Below, one piece after another: positions 1 to 13,234 of a stretch of DNA of 64,000 bases. Numbering within the stretch: the stretch's first letter is position 1; the number at the start of each line of letters is the position of its first letter. The position numbers were made by a program, and so were the translations under genes. The stretch lies in contig OX597830.1 of assembly GCA_951406725.2 (NCBI GenBank), positions 33,666,001-33,730,000 on the forward strand. Reading direction: 5' to 3'. Under the pieces are notes generated by a model, which worked only from the letters and a program-made list of their open reading frames with translations, did not search any database and was not told the origin of the DNA. This stretch comes from Octopus vulgaris (Eukaryota).

Positions 1-336
1 TATAGTGCAGATGAGCAGAGAGATAAATGAGATACAAGCAGAAACAGTTTGAGTATGTGGGAGAAAAGACTCTGTTGATATAAAATACGAATGAATGATA
101 ACAAATGGGTAAAAAAAAGTGGCAATGTTAAACAAAATGGAAAAAAAAAGACAGTCAGAAGGGAGACCCATGGAAATTCTGAGAAGAAGCTGTAAACGTT
201 GGTTCTAGGATGTTGAAACTTGCATAGAAAATGGCAAAGGGATTTGATATTTGGTGAGATACTACACTGGAAAGGACCTGTGAAATTCCTGCAAATATAG
301 AAAAGTAAATACAAAGTGGATGGACATACACATACA

Positions 337-926
337 TTATGGTTGCCCCCTCGTTATCGAGTATGGCCATTGCACGAAGCTTAACTGTTACTAGTGCTGT
401 GATCGAATGTGACTTTTTAGCCCAGCTAAAGATCTACAATGTCTCGTACAAAATTGGCAACTAAGACCTTTACTGGTAATAGCCAGCTGTAGTTGTAACT
501 GGGCTTCATGTACCTTTGCATGTCGTTTAAGTCCTCCTGCCGAATAACACTCTCTTCCACATGCCCGACAGATATGATTAGTATGGTGTGTCACACCACC
601 ACCAGTGGCCAGGTTGTCACTCATCTGTCTCGTTTCATGACTACAAAGATGACTCATGAGTCCGGCCTTACTGAGGCAGGGTCTTGCATAGACATTGCAT
701 GTCAGAGTCAAAGGAAGGCCCTTCCCTTCTGGAAGTGTAACAGCGATGCCCTTCCTAACATCTCTCCTCACTTTCTCATGTGCAACTCAAGATTTCTCAA
801 ACGTGGCTGTCCCCTCATGCACAATCCTTCTCCACCTGCTACAATCAATAGCTATGCCTTCCCATGTGTCAGGAAAGATGCAAGCATCTCTTAAGGAAGC
901 CTTCAGCAAGTCCTTATACCTCTTTA
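337..926 (-). mobile_element. 3' end of an RTE-clade LINE (ORF C-terminus with three C2H2-like zinc fingers plus 3' UTR), pseudogenised
   Basis: Minus frame reads KRYKDLLKASLRDACIFPDTWEGIAIDCSRWRRIVHEGTATFEKS*VAHEKVRRDVRKG..., matching the RTE post-RT KR.KD....W...A.DR..WR pattern, with an in-frame TGA at 787-789. It continues into CNVYARPCLSKAGLMSHLCSH, CRACGRECYSAGGLKRHAKVH and CQFCTRHCRSLAGLKSHIRSQH (ORF 391..771). Confidence 0.75.
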
Positions 927-968
927 TACATATATACATACATACATACATATATATATATATTTATA

Positions 969-2048
969 TATTGGGTCATCCCATAAATATTGCGTTTTTT
1001 ATACTTCTTTTCTTTTTCAAAATTAACATAAACCAAGTTCTTTTTTAATCTAAAACATACTCTCCTTCATTTTCTACAATGCTCTTCCATCTACCAGGTA
1101 AACTTGCAAGGCCCCTACTTCTAAAATTCACCTGTCCGTGACAAAAATACTCCTCCAGTACTGTTTTGACCTTGTCTGCAAAATTCATATTTTTTTCCAT
1201 CCAAATGATTTTGAAGACTGTGGAATAAATGATAATCAGATGGGGAAATGTCTGGCAAATATGGTGGGTGGAGCATCGTTTCCCTTTCAAACTGTTCCAG
1301 CCTTTTGAATGTCATCCTCGCTGTATGTGGCAGAGCATTAATGTTGATGGAAGAACATCTTTCATCTTGAAAGAAAAGATAGTAATTTTCCTACTAGTAC
1401 TGACTTAAGCCACTCCTTTGCTATTGTTTGGTTTAGATTTAGAAGTTCAAAGTAGACTAAACCTTGCATATCCCTCCACACAGATAACAACACCTTATGT
1501 GGGTGAAGACCTTCTTTAGCCTGGGGTGCTTGTGTTTCTCCTTTCCCTACCCACTGTCTTCAGCACTTGACATTTTTATAGAGAATCCATTTCGCATCAA
1601 CAGTCACTACTCGGTCTAAAATAGGTTCATTCATGAGATGTGACAGCCAAAAATAGCACACATTCACACTCTGCGAGTGATTAGACTTGGAAAGTTTGTG
1701 AGGAACCCATTGACCGAATTTGCCGACTTTTCCGATGGCACTCATGTGTCGGTGAATGGTTGAATGACCAAATCCAAGCATCTATACTAGTTCCTCAACA
1801 GTTACTATGGGATTTTGTTTCACCAGGGTTCGCAGAACGTCCTCATCGAGCTCTGCAATTCTTCCAGGGTGATGCTCGTCTTCTAGGCTGTAGTTTCCGA
1901 CTCGGAATTCCTGGAATCACTGTTGACACTGGCTTACACTTATTGTCTGATCCCCATATACTGCATTAACATTCCTTGCACTTTCCATTGCATTGTTGCC
2001 TTTATTGAACTCATGAAGCAAAATATGTGAATATACTCCTTTGTAACT
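969..2048 (-). mobile_element. Decayed mariner (DD34D) transposon, 5' end truncated by a SINE
   Basis: TA plus TIR ttgggtcatcccataaatattgcg at 969-994. Frameshifted transposase motifs WVPHKLS (WVPHEL), VTVDAKWILYKN (TGDEKW) and HPPYLPDISPSDYHLFHSLQNHL (YSPDLAPSD). Confidence 0.9.
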
Positions 2049-2055
2049 TAGGGCT

Positions 2056-2647
2056 TCTCACAAGGCTTTGGCTGGCCCAAAGCTATAGCAGAAGACACCT
2101 GCCTAAGATGTCATGCAGTGGGACTGAACCCAGAAACATGTGGTTGGTAAGCTAGCTTCTTATCATACAGCCACATCTGCACCCATATTCTTTTATTCTT
2201 TTATTCATTTCAGTCATTTGACTGTGCTCATGCTGCAGCACTACCTTAAAGGGTTCTTTCATCAAAGAAATCAATCCCAGGACTAATTATTCTTTGTAAG
2301 CTGAGTACTTATTCCTTTTTCTTTTTTTCTTTTGCACAACCGCTAAGTTACAGGGATGTAAACACACCAACACTGGTTGTCAAGTGATGGCAGTGGGGAA
2401 AGGTCAACCAGACACAAAGATGCACACACATAAATAAATACACAGATACATATATATATATATATATATATATATCATCATCATCATTGTTTAACATCCG
2501 TTCTCCATGCTAGCATGGGTTGGACGGTTCGATACACATATATATATATATATGATGGGCTTCTTTTTAGTTTCCATCTACCAAATCCACTCACAAGGCT
2601 TTTGTCAGCCTGAGGCTATAGTAAAAGCCACTTGTCCAAGGTGCCAT
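2056..2647 (-). mobile_element. Two partial copies of tRNA-derived SINE family A with a nested family C tail
   Basis: Matches the reverse complement of the full copy at 36118-36553. The family C tail (tttaacatccgttctccatgctagcatgggttggacgg) lies at about 2476-2530. Confidence 0.85.
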
Positions 2648-2976
2648 TAATTTACTAACATAATTTTCTTCTGATCTGCTGTCAACACAATCTGCTACTT
2701 TGGAGGAAATTTTGTGCTAGTTGTTAGGAAGTTACTCTAGCAACCCTAGGAAAAAAGGTTGGTCGTGCTCATGGCATATGAAGGCCCTCCCAGGTGGATG
2801 ACATTATGCAGATGATGTGTAGCTGGAACAGCTGTAACGAAGTAGAGTAGCATTTTTAAAAAATATCTTTTTTTTTGTTGTTTTATGTTTCAAACTGGCA
2901 ACAGTAAATTCTATTCAGAGCACTTAAGGACCAGGCAGTGGTGTTAGATTGCATGGTATTTTAAAGCCTACTCTCT

Positions 2977-3313
2977 ACCACACACACATGCACATACACA
3001 TGCATACACATACATACACATGCACACCACACACACACACACACATACACTTGCACACACACATGCACACACACCACACATACGTGCACATGCACACACA
3101 TGCACATAGACACACGTGCACACCCACCCACCACACACACACATTCACACACATAGACATACACTCACACATGCACATGAACAGACACACCACACCCACC
3201 CACACACACACACATGCACACACACACACACACACACTCACACATGCACATATACCCACATGCACATACACCACACACCACAGACACACACACACACATA
3301 CGCACGCATACAC
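2977..3313. repeat. Compound (CA)n/(CACATG)n microsatellite
   Basis: Direct inspection. It explains the HT/CV-rich pseudo-ORFs. Confidence 0.95.
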
Positions 3314-4844
3314 AAAATGCTTGTTAGTTTTGAGAAATTTTCTATCCTTTCCTTTCATTAAACTCAAATTTCAAAGAATATATATATATATATATATATG
3401 CTTACTAAATCAGTTTATCTGAACCTGTCTACCCTTATATATGTAGGTTTGAGGTTAGAAAGATCCACCCCTAATTTATAGCTGAGTAAGAAGTATATCC
3501 TTTAAAGTCTTGTCTCTTGGAACAGATTTCTTTTATGTAAATAAATACTTTCCACAGATGCTTTTTTAAAAAGATCTTTGAGATTGAGGAGGGAAAAACT
3601 GACATGGTTAAAAGACTCCCCCCACCCCCACCATCAAATTGCTTTCTACTATTTCTTTCAGCTTTTACCTTTTTAAGTTCATTTGATCGGATTTTGTTTA
3701 CTTTTTCATTAAAAATACCCTGGGTATATTGGGGTGGATTTGTGGTGTGCGAAGAATTAAAAGTTGTAGTGTTTATGATTGTTTGATTAGCTGAGTTTTA
3801 AATCTTCATCAGCAAATTTGTTTTTCTTCTTTTTTTTTTTTAATTTGAAATTAAATTTTATTTTTATTTAGGCAGTAAATATGAGTAGCAAAGTGCATCT
3901 GAGTGAGATATATATGCTGTAATAAAATTTTGTTAGCCATTTGCCATATACCAAAATATTACTGCTTAAACAAATCAAAGAGAAAGCCTCTATGTAGTTC
4001 TTTGACTGGCAGTAAATATAAAGTAAATTTGATATTCTGGCATTTTGTAAGTAAAAAAAATATAAATATTTTAAGACACCCTACAGGAGGTAGAAAAATG
4101 AATAAAATAAAATAAAATAAAATAAAATAAAATAAAATAATGATTGCAAGAATTAAAAGGCACCATGCTGTTTAATAAAGCAAGTGGGGAAGGGATAGGC
4201 AAGAAAACGAGGCAGTGTTGAATACATTGGGGTTTCATCTGCTAGACACAGCAGCCAAATGCTACAATCAAAAGTGAAGTTTGATTCTATGAAGTCATCA
4301 TGCAAAGAGGAAATAAAATGTAGTGCTTGATGTATTATATTAAGATAAAGATGTAAAATATTAATTATTTGGAGACAAAATATTGAATAAATTATATTTT
4401 CTCAACTTTTGGTGCAGTCATAAGTGTGCTGTTATAATGTATACGAAAGTACATGGCCTAGTGGTTGGGATTTCGCTTTCATGATCATGAGATTGTGGGT
4501 TCAATTCCCATACAAGGCAGCATGTCTTTTTTTTACTTCAGCAAAACTACTTCATCACCCATTGCTCTGTAATCCCTTTCGACATATGACATGTGGAATT
4601 CCATGCATCTTTACAGGCAATATTGATTTGATTGAGAGAGTGTGCTAATTGTGCAACACGATCATTTGACCACCATAACCAATATCATAGTGGTTGTTCA
4701 GAATAAAATTGCAGAACCATCTTTCTCAAACTTGAGAGACTACCATTATTAACATAGGTAAACTAGCATCCTTCATACCTGTCATGGTCGGGTATGGAAA
4801 CTCATGTCTGGGCTAATGATTTCTCAGTTATTCCTTAACAATTA

Positions 4845-5460
4845 CTCTTTTATTCTTTTACTTGTTTCAGTCATTTGATTGCGGCCATGCTGGAGCACTG
4901 CCTTTAGTCGAGCAAATCGACCCCACAACTTATTCTTTGTAAGCCTAGTACTTATTCTAGTGGTCTCTTTTGCCAAACCGCTAAGTTATGGGGACAAACA
5001 CAGACATACAAACATATACACACATCATCATCATCATCATCATTTAGCGTCCGCTTTCCATGCTAGCATGGGTTGGACGGTTCAACTGGGGTCTGTGAAG
5101 CCAGAAGGCTGCATCAGGCCCAGTCTGATCTGGCAGTGTTTCTACGGCTGGATGCTCTTCCTAACGCCAACCACTCCGTGAGTGTAGTGGGTGCTTTTTA
5201 CGTGCCACCCACACAGGTGCCAGATGGAGCTGGCAAACGGCCACGGACGGATGGTGCTTTTTACGTGCCACCGGCAGGGGGGCCAGGCGAGGCTGACAAC
5301 GGCCATGATCGGATCAGTTTCTGTCTACCAAATCCACCCACAAGGCTTTGGTCGGCCCAAGGCTATAGTGAAAGATACTTGCCCAAGTTGCCATGCAGTG
5401 GGGCTGAATCCGGAACCATGTAGCTGGTAAGCAAGCTACTTACCACACAGCCACTCCTGC
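4845..5460 (-). mobile_element. SINE family A with a family C element nested at about 5022-5312
   Basis: Family A tail at 4845-5020 and head at 5314-5460 are separated by (CAT)n-tailed family C sequence. Confidence 0.85.
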
Positions 5461-5910
5461 ATTCATTAATTTTTACTGCTGTACTCGGCTCCTTTCTCCC
5501 CTCCACACTTCCTTTAATAATGGTTTTAACAGGCCACAGGATCATCTCACATAGTGTATTTCTCTTACATCATATAGTTTTAAGTTCTATCTGGATCATC
5601 TCTGCGATCCAACAAACACACCACTTATATTTTCCAAATATAGGGTATCAAGAACTTTATAGAGCAGTATGACTTTTCCACTATAAAGTTACTAGAATCA
5701 TAATCAATGGAGATTTGGCTGCTATTTCTAACAGTACAAGTGACCATGTATAGCCCCAGATAAATTCTGAGTAGATCTATGATCAAAGGCGTTTCAGTAG
5801 CATCCATAACCTTTCTGCTTCAGACACTGTAACTAGAGCTTTATTATTACACAATAGGATCTCTCTTTTTAACCTTTTAGCATTCAAATTTTTTGTCACA
5901 TGTAATGCTT

Positions 5911-6338
5911 GAGCGATAAGAGGACCATCCGAGTGTGATCATTGCCAGAGCAGCCAACTGGCTTCTGTGCCGGTGGCACATAAAAAGCACCATTCAAGCA
6001 TGATTGCTACCCATGTCGCCTTACTGGCACGTGAAAAGACATTCAAGCGAGGTCGTTGTCAGTGCTGCTAGACTGGCTCTTGTGCAGGAGGCACGTAAAA
6101 AACACCATTTGAGCATGGCTGTTGCCAGTACCGCCTGACTGGCCCTTGTGACAGTGGCACATAAAAGTACCTGCTACACTCTCGGAATGGTTTGCATTAG
6201 GAAGGGCATCCAGCTGTAGTAACTTCGCCAGATCAGATTGGAGCCTGGTGCAGCCATCTGGTTCGCCAGTCCAAAGTCAAGTCGTCCAACCCATGCCAGC
6301 ATCGAAAGCGGACGTTAAACGATGATGATGGCGATGAT
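5911..6338 (+). mobile_element. Family C element (internal 50-65 bp sub-repeats, (GAT)n tail) inserted in a piggyBac-type MITE (about 5868-6475)
   Basis: Ends ...ggcattaggaagggcatccagctgtag...ggacgttaaacgatgatgatg. Its flanks match the MITE at 61663-61880. A similar family C copy is at 61315-61645. Confidence 0.75.
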
Positions 6339-6774
6339 GTTTGTTTTGTATTAATCATGCAATATCACATGGATATGGGATTTTGACAATGGTGTTGTAT
6401 ATTTGTAGACTGACATTGTCGGATAGGTGTGAGAGATTGAACCTAGTCAGTCTGAACATAAAAACTGGCAGAATACACTAAGAATAATTACCAAGTAAAA
6501 TTACTACCTGCTTTTATAGCAGGCTGATGCAGGTAGTTTATCCCATCCTCCTCCAAATTTAGTTTATGCAATTGATAAAACCACGTTATTTATGGGACGA
6601 CCCAATGTATATATATATATGAAAAATTTAATCATCACATTGAAGCTGAGGTTGCTGAATAGCATCTGTATTACTTGAAAAAAGAGTTAAAAACCTTAAT
6701 GCTGTATGAAGTGCACACTATATATATACTGACATGGGAGTTAACCGCTCCATGAATGAACCTCGGATCAATGA

Positions 6775-6816
6775 ACTAGACTAGTTTCATCTGCCAGTTG
6801 TTGACTCATCAGCAGT
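6775..6816 (-). ncRNA. Minimal type I hammerhead ribozyme, canonical core
   Basis: Minus strand: actg CTGATGA gtc-aacaactggca-gat GAAAC ta GTC^ tagt. Helix I is actg/tagt and helix III is the palindrome ACTAGT. Lies between short (TA)n runs. Confidence 0.7.
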
Positions 6817-7022
6817 GATTACTCCATATATATATATCATCATCATCATCATCGTTTAACGTCCGTTCTCCATGCTAGCATGGGTTGGACGGTTCAACTG
6901 GGGATCTGGGAAGCCAGAAGGCTGCACCAGGCTCCAGTCTTATTTGGCAATGTTTCTACAGCTGGATGCCCTTCCTAACGCCAACCACTCCATGAGTGTA
7001 TATATATATATATATATATATA

Positions 7023-7430
7023 GTGGCTGAGTGGTAAGTAGCTTGTTTACCAACAACATGGTTCCATGTTCAGTCCCATTGCATGGCACCTTGGGCAAGT
7101 GTCTTCTACTGTAGCCTCGGGTCAACCAAAGCTTTGTGAGTGGATATGGTAGACAGTAACTGAAAGGACCCCATCGTATATATGTATATATATATGTGTG
7201 TGTGTGTGTGCGTATTTGTTTGTGTGTCTGTGTTTGTCCCACCAACATCGCTTGACAACCAATGCTGGTGTGTTTGCATCACTGTAACTTGGTGGGTTGA
7301 AATAAGAGACCGATAGAATAAGTACTAAGCTTACAAAGAATAAGTCCTGGTGTTGATTTGCTCGACTAAGGACGGTGCTCCAGCATGGCCACAGTCAAAT
7401 GACTGAAGCAAGTAAAAGAGTCAAAGAGTA
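7023..7430 (+). mobile_element. SINE family A, near full length
   Basis: Head gtggctgagtggtaag...ggttccatgttcagtccc, internal (TA)/(TG) tract, tail aagtaaaagagtcaaagagtaa. Confidence 0.9.
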
Positions 7431-7734
7431 ATATATAAATTATAACTGTCATCTGCAAAGGAGTAAGACTTGGTAGCATGCACCATTTAATTAATTCATG
7501 ACTATTTATCTATGAAATTGACTTTCTCTTACCATATATAACTAGACAAGGCTGTAGAAATTTTCATTTCTTCATTCATGAACTGGGATTTCAGGTAGCA
7601 TTCAGACAACTTTAAAGCTATATTAATGTAATTCAGGTAAAAACTGTTAAAGGTACATTAACTTACACGAGGAGTGTGTGTGTTGACCTGTCTAAGAATC
7701 TAGATGTGTTTGGAGTTTAAGTACATGTGTGTGT

Positions 7735-7793
<59 letters not shown>

Positions 7794-8145
7794 TGTGTGT
7801 TTGAAACTAGATACACATCATAAAGTGCCTCAAGTGTAGACAATTGTCTATGCATCAATTTATATATGTATCCAGTTAGATGAAGTAATTAAGGCAACAA
7901 TTAGATAATAGTGGAATATGATAATTTATAAGTTTAAATTGAATTTAATAATAATGAGAAACATTCTCGATTGTAATCTACAATTTATCTAATAAAATGA
8001 TTCGTTGTGTGTTAAATGTTAAAGCTATTGCATGTTAAAGATTACACAAAGCTAACTGGGCAAAACTTTTAAGGTTTATTGATGTATATGTGAGTGCATG
8101 TTTATGCATGTGTATGTGTGTGTTGTGTGAGTATATCTATCTATA

Positions 8146-8208
<63 letters not shown>

Positions 8209-8304
8209 ATATATATATATATAACAAAGTTGAGTTGTGGGGTATCGCACGAGTGGAATTATATACGAAAGAAGGTTTGAAAATGCAATTTAAAAGATGT
8301 TTAT

Positions 8305-8349
8305 TTACTTTACTGGTTTCACTCTTTGGAAAAAGATTGTCAAAAGTAA
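8305..8349 (-). ncRNA. Minimal hammerhead, U3-A8 variant core (left arm)
   Basis: ttactt TTGACAA tctttttccaaagagt GAAAC ca GTA^ aagtaa, with a 6-bp helix I. Confidence 0.6.
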
Positions 8350-8702
8350 CATGTGGAAGTTTGGTTGCGTTAATTATTGGTTGTTGCAAATTGCTACATT
8401 ACATATATATATATACAGTGTTTGGTAACAGGGACATGTTAAGGACATAAAAAAGTACAACAAGTTCCTTAAAATATTGGGCAAAAAAGATTACATAAAT
8501 GATCGTTCTCAAGGACATACTTAAGATAGTTTCCAGAAGGAATTGAGAACGATTATTTATGTAATCTTTTTGCCCAATATTTTAAGGTACTTGTTGTACT
8601 TTTATATGTCCTTAACATGTCCCTGTTACCAAAGACTGTATATATATATGTAATGTAGCAATTTGCAACAACCAATAATTAATGCAACCAAACTTCCACA
8701 TG

Positions 8703-8747
8703 TTACTTTTGACAATCTTTTTCCAAAGAGGGAAACCAGTAAAGTAA
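8703..8747 (+). ncRNA. Minimal hammerhead, U3-A8 variant core (right arm)
   Basis: ttactt TTGACAA tctttttccaaagagg GAAAC ca GTA^ aagtaa, with a 6-bp helix I. Confidence 0.6.
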
Positions 8748-8785
8748 ATAAACATATTTTAAATTGCATTTTCAAACCTTCTTTC

Positions 8786-8885
<100 letters not shown>

Positions 8886-9129
8886 AGAGTTTACGAAAAA
8901 AACAAAAGACGAAGACAGGTGGTGTACAAAACAAACAGATGTATTAGTATAATGCTCAGGAATAGAAATATATATATGTATGTATGTATGCATACAGACA
9001 CACATCTGTATATGAGTGTAGGGTCAATAATATGTCAAAGACTTTTCCATTCTTCCCTAGCATCAAACTAATACAGCTGCTTGTAGTTCTTTTACCCATC
9101 TTCATCTTTTGTTTCCTGTAAATTAGAAC

Positions 9130-9160
9130 TATATATATATATAGAGAGAGAGAGAGTGTT

Positions 9161-9192
<32 letters not shown>

Positions 9193-9348
9193 TGTGTGTG
9201 TGAGAGAGAGAGAGTGTGTGTGTGAGAGAGAGAGAGTGTGTGTGTGAGAGAGAGAGTGTGTGTGAGAGAGGGAGAGAGAGAGAGAGAGAAGAGACAGACA
9301 GACAGACAGATAGATAGATAGATGGATAGATAGATAGATGGATGGATG

Positions 9349-9426
<78 letters not shown>

Positions 9427-9450
9427 TAGATAGATAGATAGATAGAGATA
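9130..9450. repeat. Compound (GA)n/(GT)n/(GATA)n microsatellite
   Basis: Direct inspection. Confidence 0.95.
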
Positions 9451-10659
9451 TATGAGGCTGGAAAGCAAGTCTTGTTACAATTCAAGGGTTCTAATTGATA
9501 TATTTAATCAAGACAATATTTTCCTCGTTATTGAATAACATAATCCCATCAATATTGCATGCAAAAATTCTACAGGTTTTGAAGCAAAATTACCCTATAT
9601 CAGTTTTAACCTCTTGACAATTAAGAAACAGTTTTCCCTCTAAATAATGTCGCAACAATCTAAAAAGATAATACTCAAATTAAACAGGAGAGTAAGGCAG
9701 TCGATGCAAAAACTTCCATATTTAGTGCTGTATTCATTTCGTGACTGACCTGGTCAATATGTGGTCTTGCATTATTGTATAAAAATAACATACCTTTATG
9801 TTGGACTAATGATGAATGCTTTACCTAAAAAATTTTGTGCAATGCTTCCGACTGGTGGTAATATTTCTCTGCATTTTGTTTCAATTCATTTTGGTCTAAT
9901 ATTTCATTATAGTCATCATCCTTCATATCTCGGCAAATATAGAACATAAGTCATTTCAGGTGTAGTTCTGGTTTGTAAGCAGATTATCCTTTCATTGGAA
10001 ATGATTTTAGAGAGCCCACTTATTCCTGCTTCTGATGTATCTACCCAGAAAAGGTTTAATAGCAAGTCTACATTTCAATGGCAAGCCAAGAAACAATCAG
10101 ATAATGAGGTAACCTGGTAACGAAGTTTAGACACTTTTCTTTGTTCATGAAGGTGTTTTAGGGTGGTAGTGTAACTCGTATTGTTTTACTAATTCTTGTG
10201 CAGTTTGCACTAGCTTTTATTCAACTATGGCTTTCAGGAGATCAATATTGACAGGACTTGGTTGTCCATATTGAGCAAAACAGGTCAAACTATCATTGGA
10301 ATGTCTGGACATTTAGAGTTTCATTTCTCTAGAAACATGTGTAGTAGTGTGCACCTTTGTCTAGACATCTTGGGAAGGCTGTAAGTGAAAATCATTATCA
10401 TATAAGTTAGGCCAGTTGTTCAGAGTCTTTTATAAAAAGCACATCTAACTCTACGAAAATATATTTTGTTTGGAAACAGGTGAGGGTTGGCAACAGGAAA
10501 GGCATCCAGTTATAGAAAATCTACCTCAACCAATTCAGTCCGACTCTTGCAGACATGGAAAAGTGGAAATTAAATGATGATAATGATGATGATGATGAAG
10601 ATGATGTGTGTATAAAAAAATGTATTTGTATGTGTTTATATATATGCATATCATCATCA

Positions 10660-10732
<73 letters not shown>

Positions 10733-10838
10733 CCATCATCATCATCATCATCGTCGTTTGTCCGCTTTCCATGCTATATGGGTTGGACCATATATATATA
10801 TATATATACACACATATATACATACATACATACACACA

Positions 10839-10884
<46 letters not shown>

Positions 10885-11225
10885 ATATGCATTATGTGTT
10901 TGTGTGGAAGACTATTTACTTCTTAAAGAAAATGCTCATCTTCATAATTATTTTCATATGCGATTATTTCTGAACACATATTTATATAAATTTGTAGTAA
11001 TTCAATTCCGTTTTATGTATATTCACATTCACACATATTAATAATATATAATATTTCTCTCTCTTTGTTGGAAAAGTTAATTCAGCAGAACTTTTGGAAC
11101 AAAAATTACAGCAAGCTATAAATGTAGAAACCGTGTGCGTATTGCATATGTGCATGTATTTATGCATGTGTGTGTATGTGTGTATGTGAATATGTATGTA
11201 TATATGTATATATATGTATATATGT

Positions 11226-11283
<58 letters not shown>

Positions 11284-12216
11284 CTTAAAGAAAACAGATA
11301 AAAATGTATGGAATGAAAATGGACAACAATAACCCCCTCAACAAATATAACCGAATTCTGAACTCTTAACCTGTATATATATTCTTAGAATGAAAGAATT
11401 AATAACACACTGATATATAGATACATACATGTATGTATGTGTGTGTGTGAGCATGTGCACGCATATGTATTCACATACATATATTTACACACTTTCATAC
11501 ACACATGCATCTACATGCGTATGCATACTCACGAATACTTCCACGCGTACGCACAAAAGGAAAAAGACCACATAGTAAAGATGCCATATAATCTAGGTTA
11601 TGTCCCTTATGTATTGATGTTTTCCTTTCTTGATAAAGCCTTAGGCAAGTTATTCTGTTCTCCTTCTAACCTTAGTTGTTAATCCAATCAATTTCTGTCT
11701 GTCCAAGATCAATGCTTTAAAACTTTTTACACATGTTTAGAAAAATTCTTCAAAATGCTTTTTTTTATTATTATGTTGGAGTTAGTGTTGGGGCTTATTG
11801 TGTCAGTGGTACTGGTAATGATTGAAGTGATGGTAGTGGTGGTGGTGGTGGTGGTGATGGTGGTATGTTCTTGGTGGTGAATGTGTTGGCGGGTATTGCG
11901 GTGGTTGTGCTGTTAGTAGGGTAGGTAAATTGATGCAGGTTTCTGCTGTGGTGCTGATGCTTCTGTGAAGGTGTATGACCTCATTAACCTTTCGGGGCAA
12001 TATTTAAAATAACCTCATCTGGGAATTGGAATGTGACTCGTATTTAAAAAAATTTTTTTTTTACTATTTATATGATTATATGCATAGATGCACATATACA
12101 CATAGAATACATAATTATATACATGTGTGTGTGTATGTGTGTGTGTGTGAGTGTGTATGTATGTTATATATATATATATATATATATACATACATAAGTG
12201 TGTGTGTGTGTTTGTA

Positions 12217-12960
12217 GGCACAGGAGTGGTTGCGTGGCAAGAAGCTTGCTTACCAACCACATGGTTTCAGGTTCAGTTCCACTGCATGGCACATTAGGTA
12301 AGTGTCTTCTACTATAGCCTCGGGCCAACCAAAGCCTTGTGAATGGATTTAGTAGATGGAAACTGAAAGAAGCCCATTGTGCATGTGTGTGTATATATAT
12401 ACTCTTTTACTCTTTTACTTGTTTCAGTCATTTGACAGCGGCCATGCTGGAGCACCGCCTTTAGTCGAGCAAATCAACCCCGAATCGCTAAGTGACAGAG
12501 ACATAAACACACCAGCATCGGTTGTCAAGCAATGCTAGGGGGACAAACACAGACACACAAACACACGACTGGCCTGGTGCAGTCTTCGGGCTTGCCAGAC
12601 CCCAGTTGAACCGTCCAACCCATGCTAGCATGGAAAGCGGACGTTAAACGATGATGATGATGATACATACGACAGGCTTCTTTCAGTTTCTGTCTACCAA
12701 ATCCACTCACAAGGCATTGGTCAGCCCGGGGCTATAGCAGAAGACACTTGCCCAAGATGCCACGCAGTGTTTGTGAGTCTGTGTTTGTCCCCACCATCAC
12801 TTGGTGTGTTTAGCTCTCCATAATTTAGCATTTCAGCAAAAGAGACCAATGGAATAAGTACTAGGCATACAAAGAGTAAGTCCCAGAGTTGATCTGTTCG
12901 ACTAAAGGTGGTGCTCCAGCATGGCCACAGTCAAATGACTGAAACAAATAAAAGAATAGA
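12217..12960. mobile_element. Nested SINEs: a + family A copy split by a - family A copy (about 12400-12766) that contains a family C tail
   Basis: The order of head and tail fragments matches consensus A in both orientations. Confidence 0.8.
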
Positions 12961-13234
12961 ATATATATATATATACATAATTATTAATAATAGGGAATAT
13001 AAAATCCCAAGGCAACAGGAATTAAGAATTATCTGCCCTTCTTTGGAAATCATGTAAACAGAGGACATAACTTCAGTAGCCATCTTTAATTTGTGGAGCT
13101 TACAGGTGCTCATCAATGAGATAAGTCATGCTTCTACTTTTCTTTAATACTGTTAAATCTTATTGATTATTTATAAATGTATAGTTTAATTATAACATCT
13201 TCATTTATGTTGTAAATTGATTTTATGTTATTGA

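Noticed and set aside
2949-3422. ORFs rich in HT, YI, CV, LS, poly-L/I/N here and throughout the track (for example 8956..9468 and 57742..58431)
   Set aside because: These are stop-free translations of microsatellites, not genes.
5911-6180. Repeat-spacer appearance suggesting a CRISPR array
   Set aside because: The units are diverged along their whole length, recur inside a dispersed retroposon, have no cas genes nearby, and the context is eukaryotic.
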